DNA of 64,000 nucleotides. It comes from Mytilus trossulus (taxonomy: Eukaryota). Location: NCBI RefSeq assembly GCF_036588685.1, contig NC_086385.1, positions 54,149,216 to 54,213,215 of the forward strand, in the 5' to 3' direction. The notes under the pieces are model-generated. The model was not told where the DNA came from, did not search any database, and worked only from the letters and a program-made list of their open reading frames with translations. The position numbers and the translations under genes are program-made. This document shows positions 1 through 15,400 of the stretch, in pieces; position 1 is the stretch's first letter; every line of letters begins with the position of its first letter.

Positions 1-379
1 ACATTTAAACTCATAGTTGAAAGACAATGCCATGGCTTAAATTGAATAAAAAACAAACAGACAGAACAAGAGTATGCAAAACACAACCTTTTCACTTATA
101 TAAAGTGAATGTGAATATTAGAAAAAATATGACACAGAGGTACACATATAAGATTTAGTTTACATAACTTGAAATGTTTGTATTGACCACTGTTATAAAA
201 CAGATGCTTGACAATCCATTGGTAGCGGCAGGCTGTTTTCTGCACTTTAGTCAAGTTTTTGTCTTTTTGACACATACACTGCTTTTATTCTCTATTCTAT
301 ACCACTGTTCTAAAAAATTTAAACATTTTCGATTTGATATAAAGTTATGATCATTATTTCCTGATTTCCAATTTTCCAG

Positions 380-491
380 CCAGTAGACCAAGCTTCGTTG
401 AGAAATAGTGATGTATTAATACTCAGTTGTTTAACACAGACACCATCAAACAACCCTGATGCTATGATAGGAGATTTCTGTGTTAATGCAG
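380..491 (+). CDS. INTS9: INTS9 exon ([37 protein letters not shown])
   Basis: ttccag| acceptor, G|gtcagt donor. Confidence 0.9.
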
Positions 492-3400
492 GTCAGTTTA
501 TTGGTCATGCTTAGGTTATTTGCCTCTTTATGAGAATAGAAAAGAGAGGAAACCAAGGGTCATTAAAAATAATAAGTCCAATAAAAACAGACAATACCTT
601 GTCAAAAATAAAAAGATTAGAAGGGGAAAAGGATAAACAATAATAACAAAAATATTACATAGAACACCAAAGACAATACGATTGTTGCCTTTAATTTTTG
701 AGAACCTCATAGACAGTTTGACAAAGGCATGACCATGTGAATAATATGAAAATAAGAAGATGTGGTATAAAAGGCCCTGAAAAAATACAATTAAGAGAAC
801 TAAAGAACTAATTTATAACAAAACAATCTACAAAGGCAAATATGATTACCATGAACCAAAGACAAACACTACAGGCCTGTTAAGAGACTAAAAAACTCAC
901 AAATGTACGGAAACACAATGGCACTTAAAATATTCAATTCATAGAAGTGACAAAACATAAGAACAGCACTTCATCTACAGGATTGATGTCACAACACATA
1001 ATATTTTATAGTAATGGTGTAATGATTTCAAAATTGTCTATGTTGAATTTATACACATTTTATTTGGCTTGCTGTCTTATTGATCTTGCATAAAAAAGTT
1101 GGCAAATAATAATAGTAAAAAATTTTTTGGAAAATGATGATTAATTTTGCCCTTACGTTGTTATATTTTATAGATGATTCCATTAGTATTTTATCATTTA
1201 ACCTATTTTCAGCTGTTACCCTTAAGAATGGAGGAAATGTTCTGGTTCCCTGTTACCCCTCTGGTATAACCTATGATTTATTTGAATGTCTGAGTGGACA
1301 TTTAGACAGCTGTGGTTTAAGTCAGGTTCCACTATATTTTGTATCACCAGTGTCAGACAGCGCTTTAGCATATTCAAATATATTTGCAGAATGGTAAGTA
1401 CAGTTATCTCCCTTTGAAAAATGATTAATTATAAAAATTATAACACACACATTGTTGCAAAGTTATATTTACTTCAATTAAAGAACATTATTATATTTGA
1501 CAGTCCACATTTTCTGCATTTTGGCAATTAATGTTACTGATGCTCAATGGCTTAATGTTTGTTAATATAGCAGATTTTTTAAACCAAGAAAAAGATAATA
1601 AAATTTAGACAAAATTTATACTCAAAGCCAGGAAATGAATCAGAGTTTGGCAAAAGGGTGATAAATTCCTCAATTTAAAATTTTAAATTTTGTAACACAA
1701 TATCCATATTTTCATGCCAGTACTGAACTATTTATTTTTCAAAACAGAGAGACTTTTAGATTCCCATTTTTTTAACTTTATTTTATAAGGGGAGATAATT
1801 CAGATTCCAAAATGTTTCCTAATTGTTGGAGATTGTATCAGAAAAAACCCTTTCAAGGCCACCTCTTCATCATCAGAAAAATGTCAAAAAAAAGGAGTAC
1901 CTATTAAAATCATTCATGTTGAAGAACACTCTTTGTATGATCAAATGAAATACTATTTCTAAATAAACGAAAAACACCAGATAAATGTATACAACAATAT
2001 AATAATCATGTGACTAGTTCTAAATTTGTCACATGTTTTAGTCACATAAAAACATGGCAAAAGTTTTGGCTCTCTGTTTTTCACTGAAATATTTGTTTTG
2101 TAGGTTATCAGCATCAAAACAGTCACGAGTCTACCTCCCTGAGGCCCCATTTCCGCATGCAGAGGTTAGTACTAAATATGTCAGAAAGTTTGGTAAATGA
2201 ATTCATTACCAAATTAGAATCAGTTCTGCATTATTCTGGATTAGTACACTATCGTGATATAGTACTGGAATTATCCTGTCACATGAAATATTTCATGCAC
2301 TGTCAATATTATACAGCAGTAGTTGTTTTAAACGAGGTTTTAATAAATAGAGAATAAATGATTTAATTTTCTTTTACAAACAATGTAGTAAGAATCAAGT
2401 GAACCAATAAAAAACTACAGCTTACTGGAATGTGATCATAAAATGAACTTGATACATAATTAGTGTAAAACCTCAAAATCAATCTCAATCTTTTTCAAAT
2501 TTGGTTATTCACATGTTATTTTCTTTTATTTTCTGGTAAAAGGGAGATAACCCAATTTGTACTATGTTGTATCTCTCACTAAATATACTAAGTCTCATTA
2601 GGATGTTTTATGCCCCACCTACGATAGTAGAGGGGCATTATGTTTTCTGGTCTGTGCCTCCGTTCAACCGTTCGTTCGTCCGTTCGTTCGTTCGTCCTGC
2701 TTCAGGTCAAAGTTTTTTGTCGATGTAGTTTTTGATGAAGTTGAAGTCCAATCAATTTGAAACTTAGTACACATGTTCCCTATGATATGATCTTTCTAAT
2801 TTTAATGTCAAATTAAAGTATTGACCCCAATTTCATGGTCCACTGAACAAAGAAAAAGATAGTGTGAAGCTCAGGTTAAAGCTTTTGGTCAAGGTAGTTT
2901 CGATGAAGTTGAAGTCTAATCATCTTGAAACTTAGTACACATGTTAACTATGATATGATCTTTCTAATTTTAAAGCCAAATTAAAGTAAAGACCCCAATT
3001 TCACGGTCCAGTGAACATGTAAAATGATAGTGTGAGAGGGGCATCCGTGTACTATGGACACATTCAAGAAGTTTTATCCATGGAATTCATTTTTTGGGGT
3101 TTGTGTTGTGTTCTTGATGATGTAAATTAAGAAAAGCACTTTGGACACACAAGTTAATAAAATGCTTTTTTCATTGGTAAACCAACAAGCTCCATAGCTT
3201 TTATGATGTATTATTTATTATTATTCAGTCACAACATTTTGGTGTGCTTTTTTGAAAATATTACCTGAAATTTTAAAAGATTTTGAAATGTTTTATTGCT
3301 TTCTATATACTCTATATCATAAATTTTAGCAGCAAAACAATGAATTGAAATTAAATATTGAAATGCCTCATCACCATTTTCTCTATTTTTTTAGCTGGTT

Positions 3401-6400
3401 GCCATTGGAAGGTTAAAAAACTGCAAAAGTATTCACGGTAAGATTTTATATATCATTCATTCATGGAAACCATTTTGTACTTTAAAATTTGATTTATGTT
3501 GAAGAAAAAAAAACACTATTGGTAGGTAAAATTTACACTACTGTAGCTTAACATGGCAAACTTGTGTAGAATATTTTGGCAACAATGGATGCATACAAAT
3601 CTTTTAAATGGCAGGCAAGTTTCTATTCCGAATTTTCACATTGTTTGAATATAATGTTGTCAAATAATGCTTATGTATATATAAAAATAAGAAGATATGG
3701 TGTGATTGACAATGAGACAACTCTCCACAAGAGACCAAACAACACAGAAATTAACAGCTATAGGTCACCATACCGCCTTCAACAATGCACAAAGCCCTTA
3801 CTGCAAAGTCAGCTATAAAAGGCCCCAATATCAAAAATGAGAAACAATTCAACCAAAAAACTTTTTATTTCATTATGATCTTAGTGAATATTTCAATCTG
3901 TATTATAAAGCTCATGTGTTATGTTTTTATTTCAGATGGTCTCAGTGCAGATTTTAATCTGTCAAATAATCCTGTTTGTCTTGTCTTTATTTCAGATGGT
4001 CTCAGTGAAGATTTTAAACCCCCATGTGTTGTATTCAGTGGTCATCCATCCCTAAGAATGGGAGATGCCGTACACTTCCTAGAAATGTGGGGAAATTCAT
4101 CGTCAAATACAATCATTTTCACAGGTTTGTAATTTTAATGAGGGGCTCAAAAGGGGGGGGGGGGGTATCTGCAGGGAAGAAGGCGAAACAAAATTTCCAT
4201 TTCAGGATGAAAGAACAATTAAAAATGTCTTGCACTTTGATCATTTTACCTATTTCACGAAACATGGTGAATAACAAACCTTTTTCACGGCTGCATGTGA
4301 AATAAAAATGGCAAAACACATTGCCGAAAATAACCCTTTACCATGTGCACCCTTTTTAATGGCTTTTTACAAAGATATTTTTGGTTAGATGCACTTCCTA
4401 ACAAACAAATACTGTGGTTCATGCATGTGACATTGGCCATTTTGAAAAAGCCCTTTCATTTAGCCAAAAAATCGTAGAAAATCTAAGTTGAGGAATTATT
4501 AAATCAAAATCAATTATAAAAATAGCGATAATCTTTTTTATTAAATTTCAAGAACCATGTAGGTATTCTCTTGTATTTGTGACCTTTAATCTTTTTTTTT
4601 ACACCCAGTATCATGATACTATATCGCTCAATATCAACCCTCTATATTTAATTTGAATAATAATGATTAATTTGTTAACGAGTATTCTTATACTGAAATT
4701 TTATAACTCAATTTGATATCAATCAATATCAAATTCTCACTCATGCGACTCTTGGGCTGATATTGAACCTTGGGCTGATAATACATGCTATATGAAAAAT
4801 GACGTTATGATCTTTTTTTCATATGCTTCAACAATGGAGAAAAATAACAGATTCATATATTAATCCTTTTACCTGATTCCCAAATAGAAGTCCAAAGAGT
4901 GAAAAGTTCACGGACGTCAGACCCCAAATTTAGTACGAAATCTTTCTATCATATGCCTCAACTGAGAAGAAAAATATTTTAATATGGACGAATCAACAAA
5001 AATATACATACTGAACACTGTTTGGAAAGGTCAATTTTTTTTAAATTATTTTCTAAATAATGTTTGAAAGTTTAAAAAAATGCATTTATTTTACACAATA
5101 TACTTTCCGATATCCAAATAATTGTATTGTACAATTCTTTGTAATGTTTGTCACTGAAAACATAGCATTCTAATGCAATTTTTATGTTACAATTTTTTTC
5201 ATTGGCTAAAAGTTGCCGTCAAATCCACAGTTGACTAGGTGTAAATAAGGAGGGACCTGCCATTTTGAATTGATTGAATTAACAAATGTTTGAATACTGC
5301 TATATAATCGAAAATAAAACAACACCTACCTCGAATTAGCAGTTTTAATGTAATTTTATCCGAATTTAAATAGTACAAGTAACAAAATATCCTCCAATTT
5401 GTATGACGGCACGTTTACCCATGACGTTATTGCGCTAAAATCATTTATAAAGTTTCACAGATTTTGTTTTGTATGTCAAATTTAGACATTTTATCAAGTT
5501 TAATATTATTGTTATTTTTTGTAATGGATTAGAATCAGAATAACAGTACTGTAGTTGAAGAGTTGCCACCGTCGATCTTGATTTGACGGTCGCAAATCTC
5601 TGTTTCACTGTCTCTGCTACACATCACCAGTAAAACTGCATTTGCGACTGTCAAATCTACAATTGACGGTGGCAACTCTTCAACTACAGTACTGTTATTC
5701 CTTAATTGAGGTATATTTTCCGGAATTTGCCAAGTATCACTGGAATGCAATGTGATAAAGTTACGGAAAGGCATGTGATGAACTTTTCATATCAGCCCGC
5801 TAAGCACCAATTCGAAAAATATGGAATTTCCATAAATGTAATGCTTTTATCTTAAAGTAAAAATCATATGTTATTTAGTCGAAGTATATGATAACAAGCA
5901 AATTTTCACTCATCACAACCTAAAATTATCAATATATTTTCTTTGAACATGTCAGGTCATATTTTTTTTATTGTAAGATTTCAGAAACATGACCTTTATG
6001 TATAGGTTTTTCCACATATCTTCCTTAACAAAACATGTCTGGTTATATATTTGTCATTTCTTTTTCCAGAACCCGATTTTCCATTTGTAGAAGCTTTATC
6101 ACCATACCAACCATTACAGATCAGAGTAAGTATCCTTTTTAACCGGATTTTTGTGACAAAAATGTCGGTTATTGATTTGGGGATGTACGACGGGCGGGCA
6201 GCCGGTCGGGTAACAACCAAATGATGTCCATGCATTTTCTCATGAACCGTTCAACCAAAGCTTTTAAAATTTTAATATGTTGTTACTGACAACAAAATGA
6301 AGGTCAAGTTTCAATAATGACAATTTTGACTTTTACCGTTCAGGAGTTGTGGTTCTTGAAAGATTGAAAAATGGCATTTCCAGTCGTGTCCGTGCATTTA

Positions 6401-9400
6401 CTCATGAACTGTTCAACCAAAGCTTTTCAAATTTTAATATGTTGATACTGATGACAAAATGGAGGTCAGATTTGATATTGACGATTTTCACTTTCACCAT
6501 TCATCAGTTATTGTTCTTGTGATATTGGCCGGACACAAATAAATGTTAATAAATCCGGTTTGTTGTCGTTGTGACAGCCTCTTGTTTTCAGGGATCATGT
6601 CTACACAGAAAAAGACATTATACACTCAATTTTATAAATTGGGGTTATGTTGTAGTCATCTTGTTCTCTTGTTGTTTTTTTCTGTCATTTGCTAATTTTT
6701 TATTCACATTTTTTCACTAAGGTGTGTTATTCAGAAAAGTTTTTTCTTTTATGTTTGTGATCTGTTCTCTATTTCTTACACACTGATTTTTCATTTACTT
6801 GTGTAAGCTCAGATATTTTGTCGGAAAATAAATAATTTTATCAATATTTTTCTATTATTTGGTGTGAATGTGAAATTACTTTTAATTATATCAGCTGACA
6901 TTTAAGGTTAAATTCTGGATCAATTTGCCATTGCTGTGCTGTGTATAGTTCAAGGTCAGATCATGATGAAAACATCTGTTCAAACTATTTATAAACAGTA
7001 ATATCCATATAATTAAAAGAAATATCATATTCACACCAAATAATTAAAATGAGTATCACGCTTTCACCTTGGACATGAATAATATATAAAACAACAAAAA
7101 CCCAATAGATATGAAAATACTAATTTGTGTCAAAAGAAATCATTACATTTTAGCCATATTGATTTCAACATTCTAGTGATATTTATACTGATAGTGATGT
7201 TAATGTGTTTGTATTATTTCATTTTTGCTGGTGTGTTTTGTATATGCGAATTTTTGCGTTTCTTTGTTTCTTATAACGTGACTCTGTACTTTAAAAGATC
7301 TTGAGTCGATTTCACCACAAAAAATACGACTAAGATTGGTCGTAAGTCATGAACAATTCAGTATACACTTTGTACTTACGATCAGTCTTAGTCGTAAGTT
7401 TTTTTGTGAAACCGACTCCTGGTCATTATGTTATTGTTCTATTATAAATTTGAAAATACTTTGAACGACAAAATTATTTTACTCATGTAATGATATTAGC
7501 CGTATTTGAATTTTTAAAAATTCTAAATAACTTCTGGACAATTTTAAATCTAGGTCTATTTCTGAAATTATTTCTAACATAACTTTTGATTTTCAAACCC
7601 CGTATACCACCATTCCCAATGTGAAATTTGAATTGTTTTGAATAAACTTTGAACATCAAATTGTTTTCCTATCTGACATTTACACTTTCTAATGTCAGAC
7701 ACATGAAGCAATGAATGTTTTTTTTGATTTGATAGATGCTTTTGTGCCTTTTTGTAAATGATTGCTTGTTTTGAGATTGTAACACAGTAATGACTGCTGT
7801 TATTAACCTCTAATTTGGCTTCTGTTTATTATGTCTGTTTTGTTCACCAATCGTTTACTTATAACTTTATTACATATGAAGTGTATGACAGTACTTTGAT
7901 CTTGTTTACAGGTATGTTACTGTCCAATAGACACATGCTTAAGATTTTCACAAGCCAACAAGTTGATAAAAGATCTGAAACCCACACATCTAGTTGTAGC
8001 CGACAGTTATATACAGCCACCAGTATCAATGCCACATAAAACAGAATTTGTCATTAATTGGGTAAGTTAAATCCAGTATCAATGCCACATAAAACAGAAT
8101 TTGTCATTAATTGGGTAAGTTAAATCCAGTATCAATGCCACATAAAACAGAATTTGTCATTAATTGGGTAAGTTAAATCCAGTATCAATGCCACATAAAA
8201 CAGAATTTGTCATTAATTGGGTAAGTTAAATCCAGTATCAATGCCACATAAAACAGAATTTGTCATTAATTGGGTAAGTTAAATCCAGTATCAATGCCAC
8301 ATAAAACAGAATTTGTCATTAATTAGGTAAGTTAAATCCAGTATCAATGCCACATAAAACAGAATTTGTCATTAATTGGGTAAGTTAAATCCAGTATCAA
8401 TGCCACATAAAACAGAATTTGTCATTAATTGGGTAAGTTAAATCCAGTATCAATGCCACATAAAACAGAATTTGTCATTAATTGGGTTAGTTAAATCCAG
8501 TATCAATGCCACATAAAACAGAATTTGTCATTAATTGGGTAAGTTAAATCCAGTATCAATGCCACATAAAACAGAATTTGTCATTAATTGGGTAAGTTAA
8601 ATCCAGTATCAATGCCACATAAAACAGAATTTGTCATTAATTGGGTAAGTTAAATCCAGTATCAATGCCACATAAAACAGAATTTGTCATTAATTGGGTA
8701 AGTTAAATCCAGTATCAATGCCACATAAAACAGAATTTGTCATTAATTGGGTAAGTTAAATCCAGTATCAATGCCACATAAAACAGAATTTGTCATTAAT
8801 TGGGTTAGTTAAATCCAGTATCAATGCCACATAAAACAGAATTTGTCATTAATTGGGTAAGTTAAATCCAGTATCAATGCCACATAAAACAGAATTTGTC
8901 ATTAATTGGGTAAGTTAAATTTGTCAAAACACCAGATAATCCAATATATAATTATACCACATGCAAAAAAGTTACTCATATATATATATACTCAGACGTA
9001 CTTATGAATATAATTATTTTCTGTGACTGTATATTACATTAATTTGTAGGATCCTTTACTATAGATAATTTAGCTGATCTGTAACAATAACATCGTCATG
9101 CCTTATATATCATGTACTGTAGTACGCCGCTAGATTAAAACTGACGTGGAAAGGTAACACATGCCCACGGAAAGCTCTTTTTAGCTCATCGGGCCCGAAG
9201 GGCCAAGTGAGCTTTTCTCATCACTTGGCGTCCGGCGTCCGTCGGCCTTCGTCCTTCGTCTGTCGTCTGTGTTCTGTTGTTAACTTTTACAAAAATCTTC
9301 TCCTCTGAAACTACTGGGCCAAATTAAATAAAACTTGGCCACAATCATCATTGATGTATCTAATTTAAAATTTGTGTTTTGTTTCCCGGCCAAATAACCA

Positions 9401-12400
9401 AGATGGCCGCCATGGCTAAAAATAGAACATAGGGGTAAAATGCAGTTTTTGGCTAATAACTCAAAAACCAAAGCATTTAGAGCAAATCTGACAGAAGGTA
9501 AAATTGTTTATCTGGTCAAGATCTATCTGCCCTGAAATTTATAGATGAATCAGACAACCCATTGTTAGGTTGCTGCCCCTAAATTGGTAATTTTAAGGAA
9601 ATTTTGCTGTTTTGGGTTATTATCCTGAATATTTTTATAGATAGAGATAAACTGTAAACAGCAATAGTGTACAGCAATTTAAGACTCAAAAATAAGTCAA
9701 AATGACCAAAATGGTCAATTGACCCCCTAAGAAGTTATTGTCCTTTATAATAAATTTTTAACAATTTTCATAAAGTTTGTAAACTTTTACTAACTTTTTC
9801 CACTGAAACTACACGGACAAGTTCATTATAGATAGAGATAATTGTAAGCAGCAAGAATGTTCATTAAAGTAAGATGTACAAACACATCACAATCACCTAA
9901 ACACAATTTTGTCATGAACTGTCTGCCTCCTTTGTTTAATTCACATATTTCAAGGTGAGCGACACAGGCTCTTTAGAGTCTCTAGTTTTGAGAGCCCAGG
10001 TGGTTGTGTGGTCTAGCGGGACGGCTGCAGTGCAGGCAATTTGGTGTCATGATATCACAGTAGCATGGGTTCGAATCCCGCGAGGGAAGAACCAAAAATT
10101 TGCGAAAGCAAATTTACAGATCTAACATTGTTGGGTTGATGTTTAGACGAGTTGTATATATATATATATATATACTCAGGGTATATTTTTTTGTTACCTA
10201 TCTTGTTCGTCAGTGGGTTTGTCATTTTGTATGTTTTTCTATGTCAATAGTCATAATTAGGTGATTCCTTCAACAATTTACAATACATTCACACTTTACA
10301 CCTGGAATTATATTTTCTTCAAATATTGTTACACTTTGCAGAATACAGACAGTTTGGAAATGTCTGATGTTAAAATTTGATGTTTCGGAAAAATAAATAT
10401 GAAGTCATTCTGGTAATTATATGCCAAAAAATAAATCAATAATTAACAGAATTTTTGATAAAACACAAATGAGAGTGCTGGCCATAAGAGCCAATTTAGT
10501 TCAACAGATAACCAATCTAACTGTCTATAGGACTAGGCTTCATTGAAAGGAGGATAGTATACCTTACCTAATAATGACTTCACGGTTCAGCTAGCAAGCA
10601 CGCTAACCAAAGCTATTACCTTTACCTACACACTCAATGCAATTGGCGGTTATAACTCATGAGATTTGGTTATTGCCTTTTCTCTAATTTTTGTGCTATT
10701 TTCACATTTATTGATTGGTGTGAGAAAACTATTTCTTCTTACTAGTGATATATCTGTTCTTGGCAAGCGTTTGTGTGGGAAATGGGAAAATAGTATGGCG
10801 TCCATTATCACTGAACTAGTATATATTTGTTTAGGGGCCAGCTGAAGGACGCCTCTGGGTGCAGGAATTTCTCGCTACATTGAAGACCTGTTGGTGACCT
10901 TCTGCTGTTGTTTTTTTATTTGGTCGGGTTGTTGTCTCTTTGACACATTCCCCATTTCCATTCTCAATTTTATTGGTCAAAATTTAGATATGAACCATTT
11001 TGAGTTCATTAGTACAATGGAAATTTTGGGAAAATTTTCCCCGATTTTTTAATTTTTTTTTTATTGATTTTCTACTGTTATTGGGGACTTCCTCTCTATA
11101 TTATCATAAAATCGCCATTAAATTCAGTTTCTCATTTCCAGGAGCCCTCACCATTGACATACAGAAGAGGGGAAGTAATATCATTACCAATAAAAAGACA
11201 GTTTGAAACTATAGAAATCACTCCTGAGGTAATTAGATGTAGAAGTATTCATACAAGCAAGGTGAAATCTATAGAATAGTTTTATTTATAAAAATAAACA
11301 GGGGATTACATATGTGTACTTTTTCTATGAGTGCATCACTAGTTAGATATTACAGATGAATAAATAACTAAAAACCCTGATTAATAAAAATGGTATGCTG
11401 CCCCAAGTTATCTACAAAGGGAGCACCCAACGCTTTGTTTAAAATATTAACTCTTACCTGTTGACAAAAAAAAAAGAAATTTTAAGAAATTTCAATCACA
11501 CAAATGACAGAAGTTATTTCATTGGATATATAGCAGTTGGACAAACACTAATTTTGATCATTTATAAGCTTGAATTTTCTTTACTCATAGTATGTAATTA
11601 ATTAAAACCTTCAATGGATATCTATCGGATTAACTAACTTAATAGTAGGTGTTCTGTACACCTTTAGAGGGGGAAGCATATAATTATTACATATATTAGG
11701 TGGTTAGTTCTCTTGTTTGAATTTTCAATTTTCATCTTTCACGGCTTTGTATTAAAGCTTATTCTGCTGAATGAGTTTTGCTCATTATTAATGGTGTGAC
11801 CTATAAGTTGTTAATTTCTTTGTCATTTGGTCTCATGTAGAAGGATGTCTCGTTAGCAATGATAAACCACCTCTTCTTATTTTTATATTCAAATTCTAAC
11901 AGATGTACCAATGATATGATAAAAACACTTTAAAACTATTTCATTTTAGCTTGCAGCATCGCTTGATCCACAGGAAGTCAGATCTGGGTATAATATAACC
12001 ATGGTAACAGGAACATTAAGTTGTCATGACAACAAGTATATTTTGAAGGTGAGATAAATATATGAGATAAACTTAAACATGTATGCATATACAAAAAGTT
12101 TGAATTGCAGTAAACATCATGTTAAGCAAATACTTTTAACAAACTTATTTTATTCATTCATAACTGTGAAACCATTCAAATAGGAAAATCCATAGTCTAA
12201 CCTATATAAAAAAGAAACGACATCAACAAACAACAACCAATGAACATCAGGTTCCTGACAGGTGCAAACAAATACAGCGGGTTTAAATGGTTTTTTTATA
12301 GCTACCAATCTTTGCTCTTATCTGAAACAAAAGTGTAGTATCACAACATAGAAAGACACACAATAAAATGTCAGTTGAAATGGCTTAACTCAATCACAAG

Positions 12401-15400
12401 ACAGAAGTAACTAATCCTATTTGTTTTTACATCTTTTCGTGTAACAGAATGTGAAGCATTTTTCCGTATTTCATAAATAGAATGAAAAAAAAAACACTTT
12501 TTAATATACCCCCGCTTTAAAAAAGAGGGGGTATACTGTTTTACCTCTATCTGGCCACCCATCCATCAGTCAGTCCGTCCATCCCATGAATATTTACGTT
12601 GCATTTTTCTTAGGAACTACTTGACAAGGATTTTTTGAAAGGAGTAGGTCCAATAAGGACTCATTTTGGCCTCAAATTTCAGTTTCATCTGACAAAAGAT
12701 TTTGACCACTTTTTCAACACTTAAAAGTGTCTATTTTACTTCATTCAATTAGTAAATGTGAAAGATTTTAACTGATTTAGTCATTAAAAACAAACTGATT
12801 CAAGCTCAAATATGCAAAATCTCTAAAATATGCCAAAAAACGTCACTTTTCAGATGTTTTTTGTCAAAAATAAAAGTGGCAGCATCCGTGTTCATCCACA
12901 ACCTTTATATATGTTATGTATTATCATAAAATACAGCTTACATTTCAATATTAAGAATGAACACGAATGCGGCCACTTTTGTTTTGCATGGAAACCGTAA
13001 AAAATTTATCTAAAATGATAGAATTTTGAAGATTTCAGTAATTTAGCATGACTTAATGGTGCTACAACCCAATATATGTCAGTTGTATTGTCAAAAACAA
13101 CCCATTTTTATGTAGTAGAAGCATTCAACTGTCCAATAAATAACTTAAAGTTTACATTTTAATAATTTTGTAAAACTGTTCTATTTTGGGGCCAAAAAGG
13201 GGTCTAACTGAACCTACTCCTTTGGTTTCAGACTTTATATAAGTCAGTTATCAAATATACCATGTGATTTGTTTTCAGATTCATCACTCAACAACTTCCT
13301 GTTTACCCAACACTTGTGTCATTTTACACATGATAGCCAAGTTTAAAATGTTCGTCATATCTTTCTCAGGAACTACAATATAAGGATTTCTGAGATTTTG
13401 TTTCAGGGTTTATATAAGTTAGCTATACCGTGTGATGTGTTTTCAGATTCATCACTCAAAAACTTCCTGTTTACCAAAATATTTCGTCCTGGATATCATC
13501 AGTGAGCAATAGCTGTCAGTTTTACTTGTTTATGATTATATTGTAGAAACTACCAGATGACATTCCCTCAGGAACTAAAAGAAAATTTGATGAAACTGTA
13601 AATAGACAAAAGACATACATGTGGGGAAACGTCAATATTCCTGCTTTTGTAGAAGCTCTTACGAAGGTATGATATAGGACTCTTACATTATATCATGTGG
13701 AAAATTTTATTAGTCCTTATTAAAACACAGTACTCTTATTTAAGCTTTTTGGTTTTTTTTAAATTTTGTAGTAAGTCTCTTGCAGAGCATGTTTGTTAAA
13801 TTAAAGTTTAATTTGATTTATGAAAAATAGTGTTCATCTTTGGTCAAAGCTAACATTGTTGTAAAAGACCACAAAGTACATCATAGTACAGTTTTGGTGA
13901 AACATTTTTTATATTAATATTTGCTTGTTTTTGTTGACAGCATGGTTTTGTTGATATAAAGGTGGAGGACACGGGTGAAGGATGTACTATTGTTGATCTG
14001 GTAAGAATTTATGTGGCAAAATATTGATCTGATGAAAATTAATCAATTACTGTGAATTAATTATTATTTGTTGGATAACTATTTTCGTTGAATTTGTAGT
14101 TAAATGTGAACAACAAATTACAAATTTTCTATATGCTTTTTATGTACATTGACAAAACCAGAAATCAAATATCATCGAACATGCAAGCTCTTCTCAATCC
14201 ACTGAAGTTGATAACCACGAAAATAAATGAATCCACAGTATTAGGAATTTTTCCGAAGGGTATATTTTGTACATTTAAATAGAAGGGATACAACAATGAG
14301 ACAGCAACCCAAAAACAACAATAAACCAGAAAGCATCTAGAAAATAAGATAATAATATGAGATTTATATGTTTCTCTTATTTTTATGATATTTTCACATT
14401 TACTGACCGGTGTGAGAAAAATATTTCTACTCATTAGTGAAAAATATGTTCTTGGCAAATGATTGGTTTTTGTCGAGCCTGCAACTTTTGCTGCAGAAAG
14501 CTCAACATAGGGATAGTGATCCGGCGGCGGCAGCAGTGTTAGCTTACTTTTTAAAAGCTTTTAATATTTTAGAAGGTGGAAGACCTGGATGCTTCATACT
14601 TTGTATCTAGATGCCCCATGTTACGAAGTTTCCGTCAGTCACATGTCAAATGTCCATGACCTCATTTTCATGGTTCAGTGACCACTTGAAAAAAAAGTTC
14701 ATATTTTTTGTAATGTTGAGTTCTCTCTTATTTAATTATAGGATAATTATATTTGGTGTGTGCGTACCTTGCAAGGTCCTCATGCCCGTCAGACAGTTTT
14801 CACTTTACCTCGATATCATTTCATGGATCAATGAACAAGGTTCAGTTTTGGTGGTCAAGTCCATATCTCAGATACTATAAGCAATAGGGCTAGTATATTT
14901 GGTGTACGGAAGGACTGTAAGGTGTACATGTCCAACTGGCAGGTGTCATCTGACCTTGACCTCATTTTCATGGTTCAGTGGCTATAGTTAAGTTTTTGTG
15001 TTTTGGTCTGTTTTTCTCATACTTTATGCAATAGATCTACTATATTTGTTGTATGGAATGATTGTAACGTGTACATGTCTAGTGGGCTGACCTTGACCTC
15101 ATTTTCATGGTTGAGTGGTCAAAGTTAAGTTTTTGAGTTTTGGTCTTTTTATATAATACTATAGGCCATAGGTCAACTATATTTGGTGTATGGAAATATT
15201 AAATGATCTATATGTGAGTTGTGCAGGTTTTTTTTTACCTCAACCTCATTTTCACGGTTCATTGCTCATAGTTAAGTTTTTGTGTTTTGGTCTATTTTTC
15301 TTAAACTATAAGTAATAGGTCAACTATATTTGTTGTATGGAAGCATTGTTAGCTATACATGTCTGTCTGGCATGGTTCATCTGACCATAACCTCATTTTC

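Noticed and set aside
9993-10085. Functional tRNA gene
   Set aside because: A and B boxes are present, but there is no convincing cloverleaf and it is embedded in an interspersed repeat; the same applies to 50995-51069.
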